DNA of 64,000 nt from Thiotrichales bacterium. GTDB lineage: Bacteria > Pseudomonadota > Gammaproteobacteria > Beggiatoales > Beggiatoaceae. The stretch spans positions 29,032 through 93,031 of the forward strand of contig JADGDE010000005.1 of NCBI GenBank assembly GCA_016745035.1. The letters are read 5' to 3'. The notes beneath the pieces are model-generated. The model made no database searches, was not told where the DNA came from, and saw only the letters and a program-made list of their open reading frames with translations. Positions 40,865-49,609 of the stretch are shown one piece after another; positions within the stretch are counted from its first letter, which is position 1; the number at the start of each line of letters is the position of its first letter. The position numbers and the translations under genes are program-made.

Positions 40865-41896
40865 ATGATTATGAATAAAGCGACTTTATCGGCCATAGGA
40901 CTATTTCTTATCACCTTAGTGAGTTTTTGGATAGTTCAAAATATGTCCAAGCCTCGGATTTTAGTTTTGCATAGCTATTACACCGATTTTTCATGGGTCA
41001 ATGATATTAATATTGGCTTAGAGCGTATTTTAGAAAAACAAGCCTATAAAGTGCGTTATCACTATATGGACACCAAACGTCATACGGGCGAGGCATTTAA
41101 ACAGCGCGCAGGGGCAACCGCGCGGGATATGATCGATAATTGGCAACCTGATGTGATCATTGCTGTGGATGACAACGCTCAAGCCTATGTCAGCCGTTAC
41201 TATGTCAATCACCCTGATGTGACAATTATTTTTACCGGGGTCAATAAAGAAGAATCGACTTATGGCTACGATAAGGGCAATAATGTGACGGGGGTATTAG
41301 AACGGATCAATTATGACGCAGTTAAAGGGGTATTATTACAAATGCTCCCTGAAAACAAGCGCCGTATTTTTCATATTTCTGATGCTTCGCCCACCTCTGA
41401 GGGCATTCACACCGAGATAGATAGCTTTGATTGGTCACCCTTAAATTTTATCGAATCAGTTCAGTGTCAAACTTTTGATGATTGGAAAAAAGTGATCAAA
41501 GAAGCGGAAACCAAAACCGACTTTATTCTTTATACCCACTATCATACCTTGCGCCAAAGTGACGATCCTGAAGCACCGAATATGAAACCCAAAGAAGTCA
41601 TGGATTGGACCGTTGCTAATTCGAGTTTACCGGGGGTGAGCTTTTGGGGTTTTTATGTTGAAGATGGAGGCATGATGGCCGTTGCCTTATCACCTTATGA
41701 ACAAGGAGAACTGGCAGCAGAAATGGCTGTTGATGTGATTGAAAACCAGCGCCCTGCCAGCACGATTCCGGTAAAAACCAGCCGTTTATTCGTCATGTAT
41801 ATGCGTGACTCAGCAATTCAAAAACGCATGAAAGACTTAAATTTACCTTTAATTTATGAGGCATTTTCCAGGGCTACCGATAACCATTACCCTTAG
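40865..41896 (+). CDS. Periplasmic substrate-binding-like protein (COG2984 / ABC-type uncharacterised transport system periplasmic component-like)
   Basis: Signal anchor, then a type-I periplasmic-binding-protein-like sequence (ILVLHSYYTDFSW...VIIAVDDNAQAYV...IFTGVN). It starts 16 bp after the cNMP-permease gene. Confidence 0.45.
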   Translation: MIMNKATLSAIGLFLITLVSFWIVQNMSKPRILVLHSYYTDFSWVNDINIGLERILEKQAYKVRYHYMDTKRHTGEAFKQRAGATARDMIDNWQPDVIIAVDDNAQAYVSRYYVNHPDVTIIFTGVNKEESTYGYDKGNNVTGVLERINYDAVKGVLLQMLPENKRRIFHISDASPTSEGIHTEIDSFDWSPLNFIESVQCQTFDDWKKVIKEAETKTDFILYTHYHTLRQSDDPEAPNMKPKEVMDWTVANSSLPGVSFWGFYVEDGGMMAVALSPYEQGELAAEMAVDVIENQRPASTIPVKTSRLFVMYMRDSAIQKRMKDLNLPLIYEAFSRATDNHYP

Positions 41897-42055
41897 AGTC
41901 TATGCGAAATATGAATAATCGGCTGCAAATCCGCTATTTTGGTCTAATTCCGCGCTTTTATTCGTTAAATAACGCGTTATTCGCCTCACAAAACCGCAAA
42001 ATTAGCCTCAAAATATCTGATTTTCGCGACGACTCCCATACTCCGCATAGACTCT
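41895..42055. repeat. MITE-like element, family B, copy 1
   Basis: Terminal inverted repeats AGAGTCTATGCG...CGCATAGACTCT. About 90 % identical to the copy at 43423-43602 apart from a ~20-bp hairpin-containing insertion in the latter. The spurious ORF 41902-42120 lies inside it. Confidence 0.55.
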
Positions 42056-42153
42056 TAGACAAAAGGGGCGTTAGTGTCTTTTTGACACCTTGCAAGTCTG
42101 AGCATTCTCAGTTAGGGTGAACCCCCTTAGAACGCTTAGCCTTAGGTGACTTT

Positions 42154-43275
42154 ATGAAAACAATCGCTCTGTCTATGTCTATACTCACAGCCTTGAGTAT
42201 CAATGCAACCGTTCAAGCCGATGATGAGCCTCAGACTCGGATTAAAAATATGGGTGGTAAATGCTTGGATGTCTCAGGGTCTGATCGGGGCAAAAACGGA
42301 GCGAAAGTTCACATTTGGGCATGTAATCAAGCCTCAAGTCAACAATGGTGGCTTGATCAAGCAGGACGAATTCATAACCAAAATGGCAAATGTCTGGATG
42401 TTAACGGTCCTGATTTGAATAAAAATGCAGGCAAAGTGCAATTATGGGACTGTAATGATGCCCCTAACCAGCAATGGCGCTTTGATAAACGCCTGCGTTT
42501 ACATAATGCTGGGGGGAAATGTTTAGATATTCATGGACCTGAATTGCATAAAAATGGCGGTAAAGTACAAATATGGGATTGTAACGATGCCCCCAACCAG
42601 CAATGGAAAAAAGAAAGCGACATAGCTAAGGCTAATACACGTCCAGAACCCAGCGCCTTTATTGCGGCGGGGCAAACAAGCGCCCTTCGTATCCCTGCCA
42701 AAAATACCACTCAGGCAGAAAGCCATACCACAAAACCCATCACGCCACGAACGACCCCATCCTCTAGCTTAGAAAATTCTTTTGCGCAATCGCAACAACG
42801 CACAGCACAAGTTCAGCAACAAAGCCAAACCAACCAGCCTGTGATTAAAAACGCGCCAGCCCCTTTTTCCGGCATGATCAAAATGCATAATGAATGGCGG
42901 GCAAAGGTAGGAGTTAAACCGCTAACATGGTCAGATACGGTGGCAAAATCTGCTCAAGCTTGGGCGGATGAATTGAAAACTCAATACAATTGTCGCCTTA
43001 AGCACAATCCCAAACGTCAATATGGGGAAAATTTGGGCGGTGGCAGTGGGCGATTGACTAGCGACTTGATTGTCGGTTTATGGGCAGCGGAATCCACAGA
43101 TTATGATTATGCCAGTAATCGTTGTACCACAGGGAAATATTGTACCCATTACACCCAAATGGTTTGGCGCAAGAGCACCGAAATGGGCTGTGGTGAAGCC
43201 CGTTGTGATCATGCGACGGTTTGGGTTTGCAACTATAACCCCATGGGTAATTATATGGGACAAAAACCTTATTAA
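42154..43275 (+). CDS. Secreted fusion of a ricin-B lectin beta-trefoil and a CAP/SCP/PR-1 domain
   Basis: Signal peptide, three (Q/N)xW-containing ~45-aa repeats (GKCLDV...QQWW, GKCLDVNG...NQQWR, GKCLDIHG...NQQWK), a low-complexity linker, and a C-terminal SCP domain with HN.WR and HYTQMVWRKSTEMGCG motifs. Confidence 0.8.
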   Translation: MKTIALSMSILTALSINATVQADDEPQTRIKNMGGKCLDVSGSDRGKNGAKVHIWACNQASSQQWWLDQAGRIHNQNGKCLDVNGPDLNKNAGKVQLWDCNDAPNQQWRFDKRLRLHNAGGKCLDIHGPELHKNGGKVQIWDCNDAPNQQWKKESDIAKANTRPEPSAFIAAGQTSALRIPAKNTTQAESHTTKPITPRTTPSSSLENSFAQSQQRTAQVQQQSQTNQPVIKNAPAPFSGMIKMHNEWRAKVGVKPLTWSDTVAKSAQAWADELKTQYNCRLKHNPKRQYGENLGGGSGRLTSDLIVGLWAAESTDYDYASNRCTTGKYCTHYTQMVWRKSTEMGCGEARCDHATVWVCNYNPMGNYMGQKPY

Positions 43276-43408
43276 CTGATGTTACGCAAAGGCTTCTTTT
43301 TCTGCCTTAAAGGCAGAAAAAACCGCCATTGCTGCACGACTAAGCTTCACTAGGCAAGTGGAAAATCACACTATTGTAATAAAAACCAGCTTAGTGCGTA
43401 ACATCAGT
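43275..43408. repeat. MITE-like element, family A, full-length copy
   Basis: Terminal inverted repeats ACTGATGTTACGCAAAGG...CTTAGTGCGTAACATCAGT and an internal hairpin TTCTGCCTTAAAGGCAGAA. Starts on the TAA stop of the lectin gene. Near-identical to the copy at 57434-57564. Confidence 0.6.
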
Positions 43409-43422
43409 TACTAAGGGATGTT

Positions 43423-43602
43423 AGAGTCTATGCGAAATATGAATAATCGGCTGCAAATCCGCTATTTTGGTCTAATCCCGCGCTTTTATTTAAAAAAAGG
43501 ATTCTTAACGACTCACTCGTCGTTAAGTTCGCCTCACAAAACCGCAAACAGCCTCAAAATATCTAATTTTCGCGACGACTCCCATACTCCACATAGACTC
43601 TT
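43423..43602. repeat. MITE-like element, family B, copy 2
   Basis: Same termini as copy 1 (AGAGTCTATGCG...ACATAGACTCT) in direct orientation. Contains an extra hairpin CTTAACGACTCACTCGTCGTTAAG. The spurious ORF 43418-43747 lies inside it. Confidence 0.55.
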
Positions 43603-43746
43603 AAGCTCGAACATTGTTTTTGCTGAACTATTTATGATTTTGCCCCTTATACGTTTATTTTTATCTCCCATCAAGTCTTTGCTCTTATCTATTCACTATT
43701 TTTTGTATATAATGCCCCAATTTACACGCTTATCGAAGGAAAGATA

Positions 43747-44124
43747 ATGGCAACAGTTGAGCTGAATAACGAAAATTTTGAAGACACTATTAAAAACAAC
43801 CGGATCATTTTAGTTGATTTCTGGGCTCCTTGGTGTGGTCCTTGCCGTTCTTTTGCACCTACATATGAAGCTTCCTCAGAGCAACACACCGATGTGGTTT
43901 TTGCTAAAGTAAATACCGAAGAACAACAAGAATTAGCCATGCGTTTTCAAATTCGCTCAATTCCTACTTTAATGATTTTCTGTGAAAACGTCATTATCTT
44001 TTCACAAGCAGGGGCTTTACCTGAAAGTGCTTTAGAAGAAGTCATTGGTAAAGCCAAAGACTTAGACATGGACATGGTTCGTTCTGAAATTGCCAAAGAA
44101 GAAGCAGCGAAAGAAGAAAGCTAA
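43747..44124 (+). CDS. Thioredoxin
   Basis: WCGPC active site in a typical thioredoxin fold (~105 aa) plus a short acidic/lysine-rich C-terminal tail. Confidence 0.85.
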   Translation: MATVELNNENFEDTIKNNRIILVDFWAPWCGPCRSFAPTYEASSEQHTDVVFAKVNTEEQQELAMRFQIRSIPTLMIFCENVIIFSQAGALPESALEEVIGKAKDLDMDMVRSEIAKEEAAKEES

Positions 44125-44136
44125 ACCAGACAACAT

Positions 44137-44496
44137 ATGACTAAAATAAAACTATTTCACAATCCTGAAGATATTAAAACTTACCAAGCGGGTGAGTTAA
44201 TTTTTTCCGAAGGAGATGAAAGCCTGTTTATGTGTGATGTTCTCAACGGTGAAGTAGAGCTTTCGCGGGCAGGACGTATGCTTGCAAATTTACAAGAAGG
44301 TGAGATTTTTGGGGAAATGGGTGTGATCAACAATGCCCCTCACAGTGTCACAGCCACTGCAAAAACGGCTTGTGAAGTGGTACAGCTCGATCGTCGCCGA
44401 TTTTTGTTCATGATCGAACAAACACCTAATTTTGCTTTAAAAATTATTAACGTTTTGGCAGAACGTCTACAGCGTGAAACAGCACAACATGTGTAA
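44137..44496 (+). CDS. Stand-alone cyclic-nucleotide-binding domain protein (no DNA-binding domain)
   Basis: 119 aa. FGEMGVINNAPHSVTATA...phosphate-binding-cassette-like region of the CAP family. Starts 12 bp after the thioredoxin gene. Confidence 0.6.
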   Translation: MTKIKLFHNPEDIKTYQAGELIFSEGDESLFMCDVLNGEVELSRAGRMLANLQEGEIFGEMGVINNAPHSVTATAKTACEVVQLDRRRFLFMIEQTPNFALKIINVLAERLQRETAQHV

Positions 44497-44657
44497 GTAG
44501 CAATAACCACCAGCCAAGCTGGTGGTGTGTAGGATCACAGTTCCCCCCCTGTCATACGCTTGAGTCTCAGAACAAGGCGTAATTCATCATTTATCATTCG
44601 TAGATAGAACGGTACAATATCGAGCTATCAGTTTTCTTACATTTTTAAGGACGGCGA

Positions 44658-45404
44658 ATGAGCGAGAATAAACAAGAAGTAGTCAGCACAAGACCTCGCG
44701 GGATTTATCTACTCCCCAATCTTTTTACCACCGCTGCTTTATTCTCCGGTTTTTATGCCATCATCGGTGCGGTCAAAGGGCATTTTGCCCCAGCGGCAAT
44801 GGCGCTGTTTATTGCCATGATTCTTGATGCCCTCGATGGACGTATCGCCCGTTTAACCAATACCCAAAGCGATTTTGGCGCAGAATACGATAGCCTTGCC
44901 GATTTGTTGTCCTTTGGTCTTGCCCCCGCCCTTCTCATGTATCAATGGTCTTTGTTCAATTTGGGCAAGCTTGGCTGGCTCGCCGCGTTCATCTATACCG
45001 CTGCCACAGCATTGCGTTTAGCGCGCTTTAATGTTCAAGTAGAAACCACCGACAAAGCCTATTTTCAAGGGCTGCCTAGCCCAGCGGCTGCCGCTTTATT
45101 AGCCGGGTTTATTTGGCTAGCGGAGGAATATCAATGGCAGGGCACGGACTTGGTTTATTTGTGTGTGTTTATCACCATCGGTGCGGGGCTATTGATGGTT
45201 AGCAATGTGCGTTACTTTAGTTTTAAAAATTTGAACTTAAAAAACCGTGTCCCCTTTGTTTGGGTTTTGTTGGTGGTATTCGTCTTTGTCTTAATTTCCA
45301 TCGACCCGGCGCAAGTTTTGTTTAGCATTTTTGCCTGTTATGCGATTTCAGGGCCTGTGATTACCCTTTATGGACTACGCAAACGTCGTAACCGTAAAGC
45401 CTGA
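44658..45404 (+). CDS. pssA: CDP-diacylglycerol--serine O-phosphatidyltransferase (CDP-alcohol phosphatidyltransferase family)
   Basis: DALDGRIARLTNTQSDFGAEYDSLADLLSFGLAPA signature (D-G-x2-A-R-x8-G-x3-D-x3-D) within a 6-transmembrane protein. Confidence 0.85.
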   Translation: MSENKQEVVSTRPRGIYLLPNLFTTAALFSGFYAIIGAVKGHFAPAAMALFIAMILDALDGRIARLTNTQSDFGAEYDSLADLLSFGLAPALLMYQWSLFNLGKLGWLAAFIYTAATALRLARFNVQVETTDKAYFQGLPSPAAAALLAGFIWLAEEYQWQGTDLVYLCVFITIGAGLLMVSNVRYFSFKNLNLKNRVPFVWVLLVVFVFVLISIDPAQVLFSIFACYAISGPVITLYGLRKRRNRKA

Positions 45405-45727
45405 TGTATAAACTGTGTTTTTTTGTCCCCGAATCACACCTAGAAGCGGTGAAAGAAGCTTTATTTGCTGTCGGTGTCGGGGCATATGCGCATTATGACC
45501 GCTGCGCATGGCAAACCTTGGGGCAAGGGCAGTTTCGCCCTTTAGAGGGCAACCAGGCGTTTATTGGTCAAACCCAGCAACTCGAAATCTTGGCTGAATA
45601 TAAAGTCGAGATGATTTGTCGAGATGCGTTAATCAAAACCGCGTTAGAGACCTTAGTGACAGCTCACCCTTATGAAGAGCCAGCCTATGAAATCTATCCT
45701 ATTTATGATCTGAGCAATCTGCCTTAG
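45404..45727 (+). CDS. Small PII/CutA-like fold protein (COG3323, NIF3-insert-domain-like)
   Basis: 107 aa. C-terminal ...HPYEEPAYEIYPI resembles the CutA/NIF3-insert ferredoxin-like family. Assignment is tentative. Confidence 0.35.
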   Translation: MYKLCFFVPESHLEAVKEALFAVGVGAYAHYDRCAWQTLGQGQFRPLEGNQAFIGQTQQLEILAEYKVEMICRDALIKTALETLVTAHPYEEPAYEIYPIYDLSNLP

Positions 45728-46634
45728 CCACGCCGTATACACGCGCCCGTTGCTGGATGGAAAGCGCCCAAGTGTTGTCATGGTGTTTGTGATACAAGCG
45801 CTCGCCACTGAAAAAACTCACCGGGCTATAGTTATCTAACAGGCGTTTAGCCACCACATAATCGCCCTCTGTTACCTGATAGGCTTGATTAAACCATTCA
45901 ATTTGAACCGGGTGAATCAAGGTTTTTCCCCACAAGCCTTGCATTAAATCTTTTTTACTTTCTTCGAGAAAATAGGCTTTATGTTCAGGGGCAATACAAG
46001 GATAAGATGGCGCACTAAAAGAGATGGTTAAGGCCTGAAAATGGCTTTGATATAAACTGATCATTTGCTGCATCAGGTAAATATCATGATAGCTCTGCTG
46101 ACAGTCATAATGCTTATGCCCTTGTTTTAGCATCGCATCCCCCAAACGAATGGCAACAATGTTTTTTTGAAAACGTTCGAGAAACCCAGCTATTTTATCC
46201 AAACGCGCCCCATCTAAAATCGGCGTATTAAAAATCGGTTGGTAGTATTTATCGGGAATATAATAATTCATATAAGCTTGCATATTGTGTTCATCAAAAT
46301 CAGGCAGCACAAAACCTTGGCATAATTCAATGTGATGCAAACAATTGATGGTTTCAAAACTTTCAGGATTGGGTACTTGTATAAATAAATCTGGGCGTTT
46401 TTGTTCTGGTTCTTCTAAGTGCAAATGATGTAAAGCGGCGAGAAGCTTTTGTAATTTATGCAAAGCATAAGGGGTATCGGATTTATCAACATGTACGGAT
46501 AAATCAATGACGATAGAGCGCAAAGTTGGATAACTGACACCTCGGCACATATTAACCAAATCTGGCTCAAGCGCTGGCACAAATAAAGTGCCACCGAGAT
46601 AGATTTGTTGCGCAGAGGTGTCAATTTGACTCAA
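45699..46634 (-). CDS. HpcH/HpaI aldolase / citrate-lyase-beta (CitE)-like family protein, possibly catalytically degenerate
   Basis: GKTLIHPVQIEWFNQAYQ resembles the CitE K..IHP.Q...N.AF motif. The upstream SIVIDLSVHV aligns with the DLED metal-binding motif, but the acidic residues are replaced. Confidence 0.4.
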   Translation of the reverse strand: MSQIDTSAQQIYLGGTLFVPALEPDLVNMCRGVSYPTLRSIVIDLSVHVDKSDTPYALHKLQKLLAALHHLHLEEPEQKRPDLFIQVPNPESFETINCLHHIELCQGFVLPDFDEHNMQAYMNYYIPDKYYQPIFNTPILDGARLDKIAGFLERFQKNIVAIRLGDAMLKQGHKHYDCQQSYHDIYLMQQMISLYQSHFQALTISFSAPSYPCIAPEHKAYFLEESKKDLMQGLWGKTLIHPVQIEWFNQAYQVTEGDYVVAKRLLDNYSPVSFFSGERLYHKHHDNTWALSIQQRARVYGVAKADCSDHK

Positions 46635-46641
46635 TGTTAGC

Positions 46642-48693
46642 TCAATTTGTGGTTTTAGAGTGGGCTAGCTCAGGAGTTGCCTGCAATTTTGGTGCGGGGA
46701 AGTTTAAGCGTAAGGGGCTGATTTTTCGACCTAATTGTCGCTCATAAATCGCCGTATAGATCATCACTTGTTTGACATAGCGCCGAGTTTCTTTGTAGGG
46801 AATCAGTTCTACCCACCGATCTACGGAAATATTCGGACGGGCTTTCCACCAGCGTTGCGCCCGTCCAGGCCCTGCGTTATAACCTGCGGTGGCAAGTAAA
46901 TAGCTACCTGCAAATTTGTCTAACAGGTGTTTGAGGTAAGCGGTGCCCAAACGAATATTGGTGTAACTATCAAAGATTTCTTTATCTTTAATATCCAAAC
47001 CGATTTTTTTTGCCATCAGCGCTTGCGTGCCGGGCATTAATTGCATCAGCCCACGCGCACCCACACGAGAGGTCACCGTGCGCATAAAAGCGCTTTCGCG
47101 GCGAATAATGCCATAGACCCAAGCAGCATCGACCTGTTGATCTTGCGCGGCTTTAGCGATGAGTTCGTAGTGTGCCAATGGAAAACGTACTTCTAAATCA
47201 TTATAAGATTTGGCTTTGGCAGCGGTAATAATGCCTTGGTCATACCAATTCCATGAGCGTGCCAGCGCCGAGGCTTGCAGTTTTTGGCTTTGGTTCAGTT
47301 GGCTTAAGCCACTTTCCCAACTTAGCTTCGCTGCTTTGAGTAAATCAAAATGATAAAATTCGCGCGCCATTTCTAAGTCCGGCGCTAGGCGATAGAGTTC
47401 CCGCTCAACGCTGGGGTTAAAATGGGTTGCCTTGTGATTTAGAGTGTAGGGCAGATTTAAGCGCTCAGCGGCTAAAAAGCCATAAAAATCGCGCTCTTTA
47501 GCTAGCCGTTCAAATAAACTCTGTGCTTGTTTATTTTGTCCTTGTGCTGCGAAAGATCGTGCCAGCCAATAGCGAAATTTAGGGCGTTGTTGTGCCGATT
47601 GACTTAAACCTTGAATGGCTTTGCTTAGTGCCCGCCAATCGGCTTTTTCCAGTAACATTTGCAATAATAATTGCGCTGAGCTTTTGTTATGCGCAGCTGA
47701 ATCAAGTTTTTGCAAGCGATCTAAAGCGCTAGGGCGTTCTTGCAAAGCACTATGCACGGCAATTTTCGCTGCGGTGCTTTGTTTTTGTTCAGGGCTAAAA
47801 TGAATTTTAGTTTGAAAATGCTGCCAATGCCCTGCGGCTTTATCGGCATTTTTTCGCGCTAAGCGTTGAATGCCATAACTGATCATGCGTTGTGCATCCA
47901 CATAAACGGGGATACGTTTACGAGAGATTTTTTTCAAGACACTATGCGGATCTGAGGGTAAACGTTGCCAATGTGCCGCCCAGCGTTGTCTGTCATCATC
48001 GCTGAGTTTTTTGCCTAAATAACTCGCAAGACCGGTTTTACCCGCTTCAATACTCAAGATTAAACGTTGCCAAATTAAATCATCGCTCAAAAGCCCTTGT
48101 TCGTCTAAATAGGCAAATACCGGATCGCAAGCTTTGTGTTGTGATTTGCCTACCAGCCATAAATCTTTGCTTAGATTCAATAAGTCAGCCTCTTGTGTGG
48201 CGTTTAACTCCGTTGTTTGCACCAAGCGCCCTGCGAGCTGATAGCAGCGTAAGCGTTGACTGCTGGCTGGGATGCGACTTTGCTCAAGCGCTTGCCAGTC
48301 TTCATTACGTACCAAATGATGTAACCAAGCATAATTTAATTCTTTACCCATAAAATTATGTTGATGCTGCTGAATAAAGGCTTTTATTTCTGTCGGCGGG
48401 CGCTCAGGCAATTTCGCCTGTAAATAGCGGTAATGCAAATAGCTCGAGAGCGGATAGCCCGCTAAGGCATTGGCATAATAACGTACACTTTCCCAATCCT
48501 CGCGTGCCTGCGCTTGCAATGCTTGCTGAAACGCGCCACGTTGCCCATGTAAATCAGCAGCGAGCAGATGGCTATTGTAAAACGCACCGCAAGATAGCAA
48601 TAATAATTGTATTATTTGCCAGTTTGTGGGCTTAGACCAAGATTTGGGTGCAGAAAAACCCAGTAATAAAGTAATTTTTTTCATCGTATCCAT
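46642..48693 (-). CDS. slt: Soluble lytic murein transglycosylase (Slt70-like)
   Basis: Signal peptide, a long alpha-superhelical domain, and a C-terminal SLT domain with catalytic ES..GLMQLMP...AYNAG motifs. Confidence 0.85.
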   Translation of the reverse strand: MDTMKKITLLLGFSAPKSWSKPTNWQIIQLLLLSCGAFYNSHLLAADLHGQRGAFQQALQAQAREDWESVRYYANALAGYPLSSYLHYRYLQAKLPERPPTEIKAFIQQHQHNFMGKELNYAWLHHLVRNEDWQALEQSRIPASSQRLRCYQLAGRLVQTTELNATQEADLLNLSKDLWLVGKSQHKACDPVFAYLDEQGLLSDDLIWQRLILSIEAGKTGLASYLGKKLSDDDRQRWAAHWQRLPSDPHSVLKKISRKRIPVYVDAQRMISYGIQRLARKNADKAAGHWQHFQTKIHFSPEQKQSTAAKIAVHSALQERPSALDRLQKLDSAAHNKSSAQLLLQMLLEKADWRALSKAIQGLSQSAQQRPKFRYWLARSFAAQGQNKQAQSLFERLAKERDFYGFLAAERLNLPYTLNHKATHFNPSVERELYRLAPDLEMAREFYHFDLLKAAKLSWESGLSQLNQSQKLQASALARSWNWYDQGIITAAKAKSYNDLEVRFPLAHYELIAKAAQDQQVDAAWVYGIIRRESAFMRTVTSRVGARGLMQLMPGTQALMAKKIGLDIKDKEIFDSYTNIRLGTAYLKHLLDKFAGSYLLATAGYNAGPGRAQRWWKARPNISVDRWVELIPYKETRRYVKQVMIYTAIYERQLGRKISPLRLNFPAPKLQATPELAHSKTTN

Positions 48694-48753
48694 GATAAAG
48701 AACTCAAAATAAAGAGAAGCACGATATAATAAAGCAAGCTTTTAGCCAAGGGG

Positions 48754-49380
48754 ATGCTTGTGAGCGTGGCGAATTTAAAACCAAAAAGACATAAACTGGT
48801 TACCTCTGAAATGATGGAAGCGGGTATCATGCCGCAATTATTTACTGGTGGAGCTTGTAATGTACAAGGCTTTAATGGTCCTGAACGTAACTCAGGGCGC
48901 GATCCGCTGGCACGTTGGTTAGATCAGCAAGGCTATAGCTATTTTGATCCCCAAATTCACCCAGATACGCACGGACGGGATTATGTCTGGGGCATTGATG
49001 GTCCTCAAGAAAAAATTGCCCGCGAGCAAGCACAATTACGCGTCTATGAAATCACCGACACCACTATTTCAGCGATTACTGCATTAGAAATATCCGATGA
49101 TGCCAGACATAACCGCCCTACCATTGTTTGGTTTAATCGCGGCAAAAATTTTGCACCCTTAGGTTTAGGAACGGTGGATGATTTAAACAAAAATCTGGTG
49201 TTGCAAAAAACCATTGGCAAAATGGCTTATTCTCATCTACTTGCCTACATCAAGGCAGGGATGCAATTGCGTAATGAATTGCCCTTGTTTTTAAGTGATT
49301 GCCAATATGTGGTCTTTGTTGACAGTTTTGATGACTTAATCAAAGCCGTGGGACAGTTATTACAAGCTATTAATAGGTGA
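48754..49380 (+). CDS. Nucleoside 2-deoxyribosyltransferase-like (NDT/SLOG-fold) protein
   Basis: LFTGGA...ITALEISDDARHNRPTIVWF resembles the YLAGPF...D.GT.FE.G.A.A.GKP core of the NDT family. Tentative assignment. Confidence 0.4.
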   Translation: MLVSVANLKPKRHKLVTSEMMEAGIMPQLFTGGACNVQGFNGPERNSGRDPLARWLDQQGYSYFDPQIHPDTHGRDYVWGIDGPQEKIAREQAQLRVYEITDTTISAITALEISDDARHNRPTIVWFNRGKNFAPLGLGTVDDLNKNLVLQKTIGKMAYSHLLAYIKAGMQLRNELPLFLSDCQYVVFVDSFDDLIKAVGQLLQAINR

Positions 49381-49607
49381 AGCTCATGTCGAATAAACAC
49401 CTCGATACACAAGCGATGATTAATATCGCCGATGCCTTGCCCGAGCAAGAAAAACAAGCGCTTTATCAAACAGGTTATGAAGATGGTTTGCATAACCGTC
49501 GCAGTGGGGGCGCATTAGACGATTATCAGGGTGAACATCCGCTCGCTGCCTCTGATGTATATTTAGCGGGCTATACCGCTGGCAAAGCAGCGGCAAAAGG
49601 AGACTAA
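49377..49607 (+). CDS. Small hypothetical protein (76 aa), translationally coupled to the upstream NDT-like gene
   Basis: GTGA start-stop overlap with the upstream gene. Ends 2 bp before wecB. No recognisable domain. Confidence 0.35.
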   Translation: MKLMSNKHLDTQAMINIADALPEQEKQALYQTGYEDGLHNRRSGGALDDYQGEHPLAASDVYLAGYTAGKAAAKGD

Positions 49608-49609
49608 GC

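Noticed and set aside
41902-42120. 72-aa ORF (MRNMNNRLQIRYFGLIPRFY...)
   Set aside because: It lies wholly inside family B MITE copy 1. A paralogous ORF (43418-43747) sits in copy 2 with a different frame and extent after the insertion. This is consistent with a non-coding repeat, not a conserved protein.
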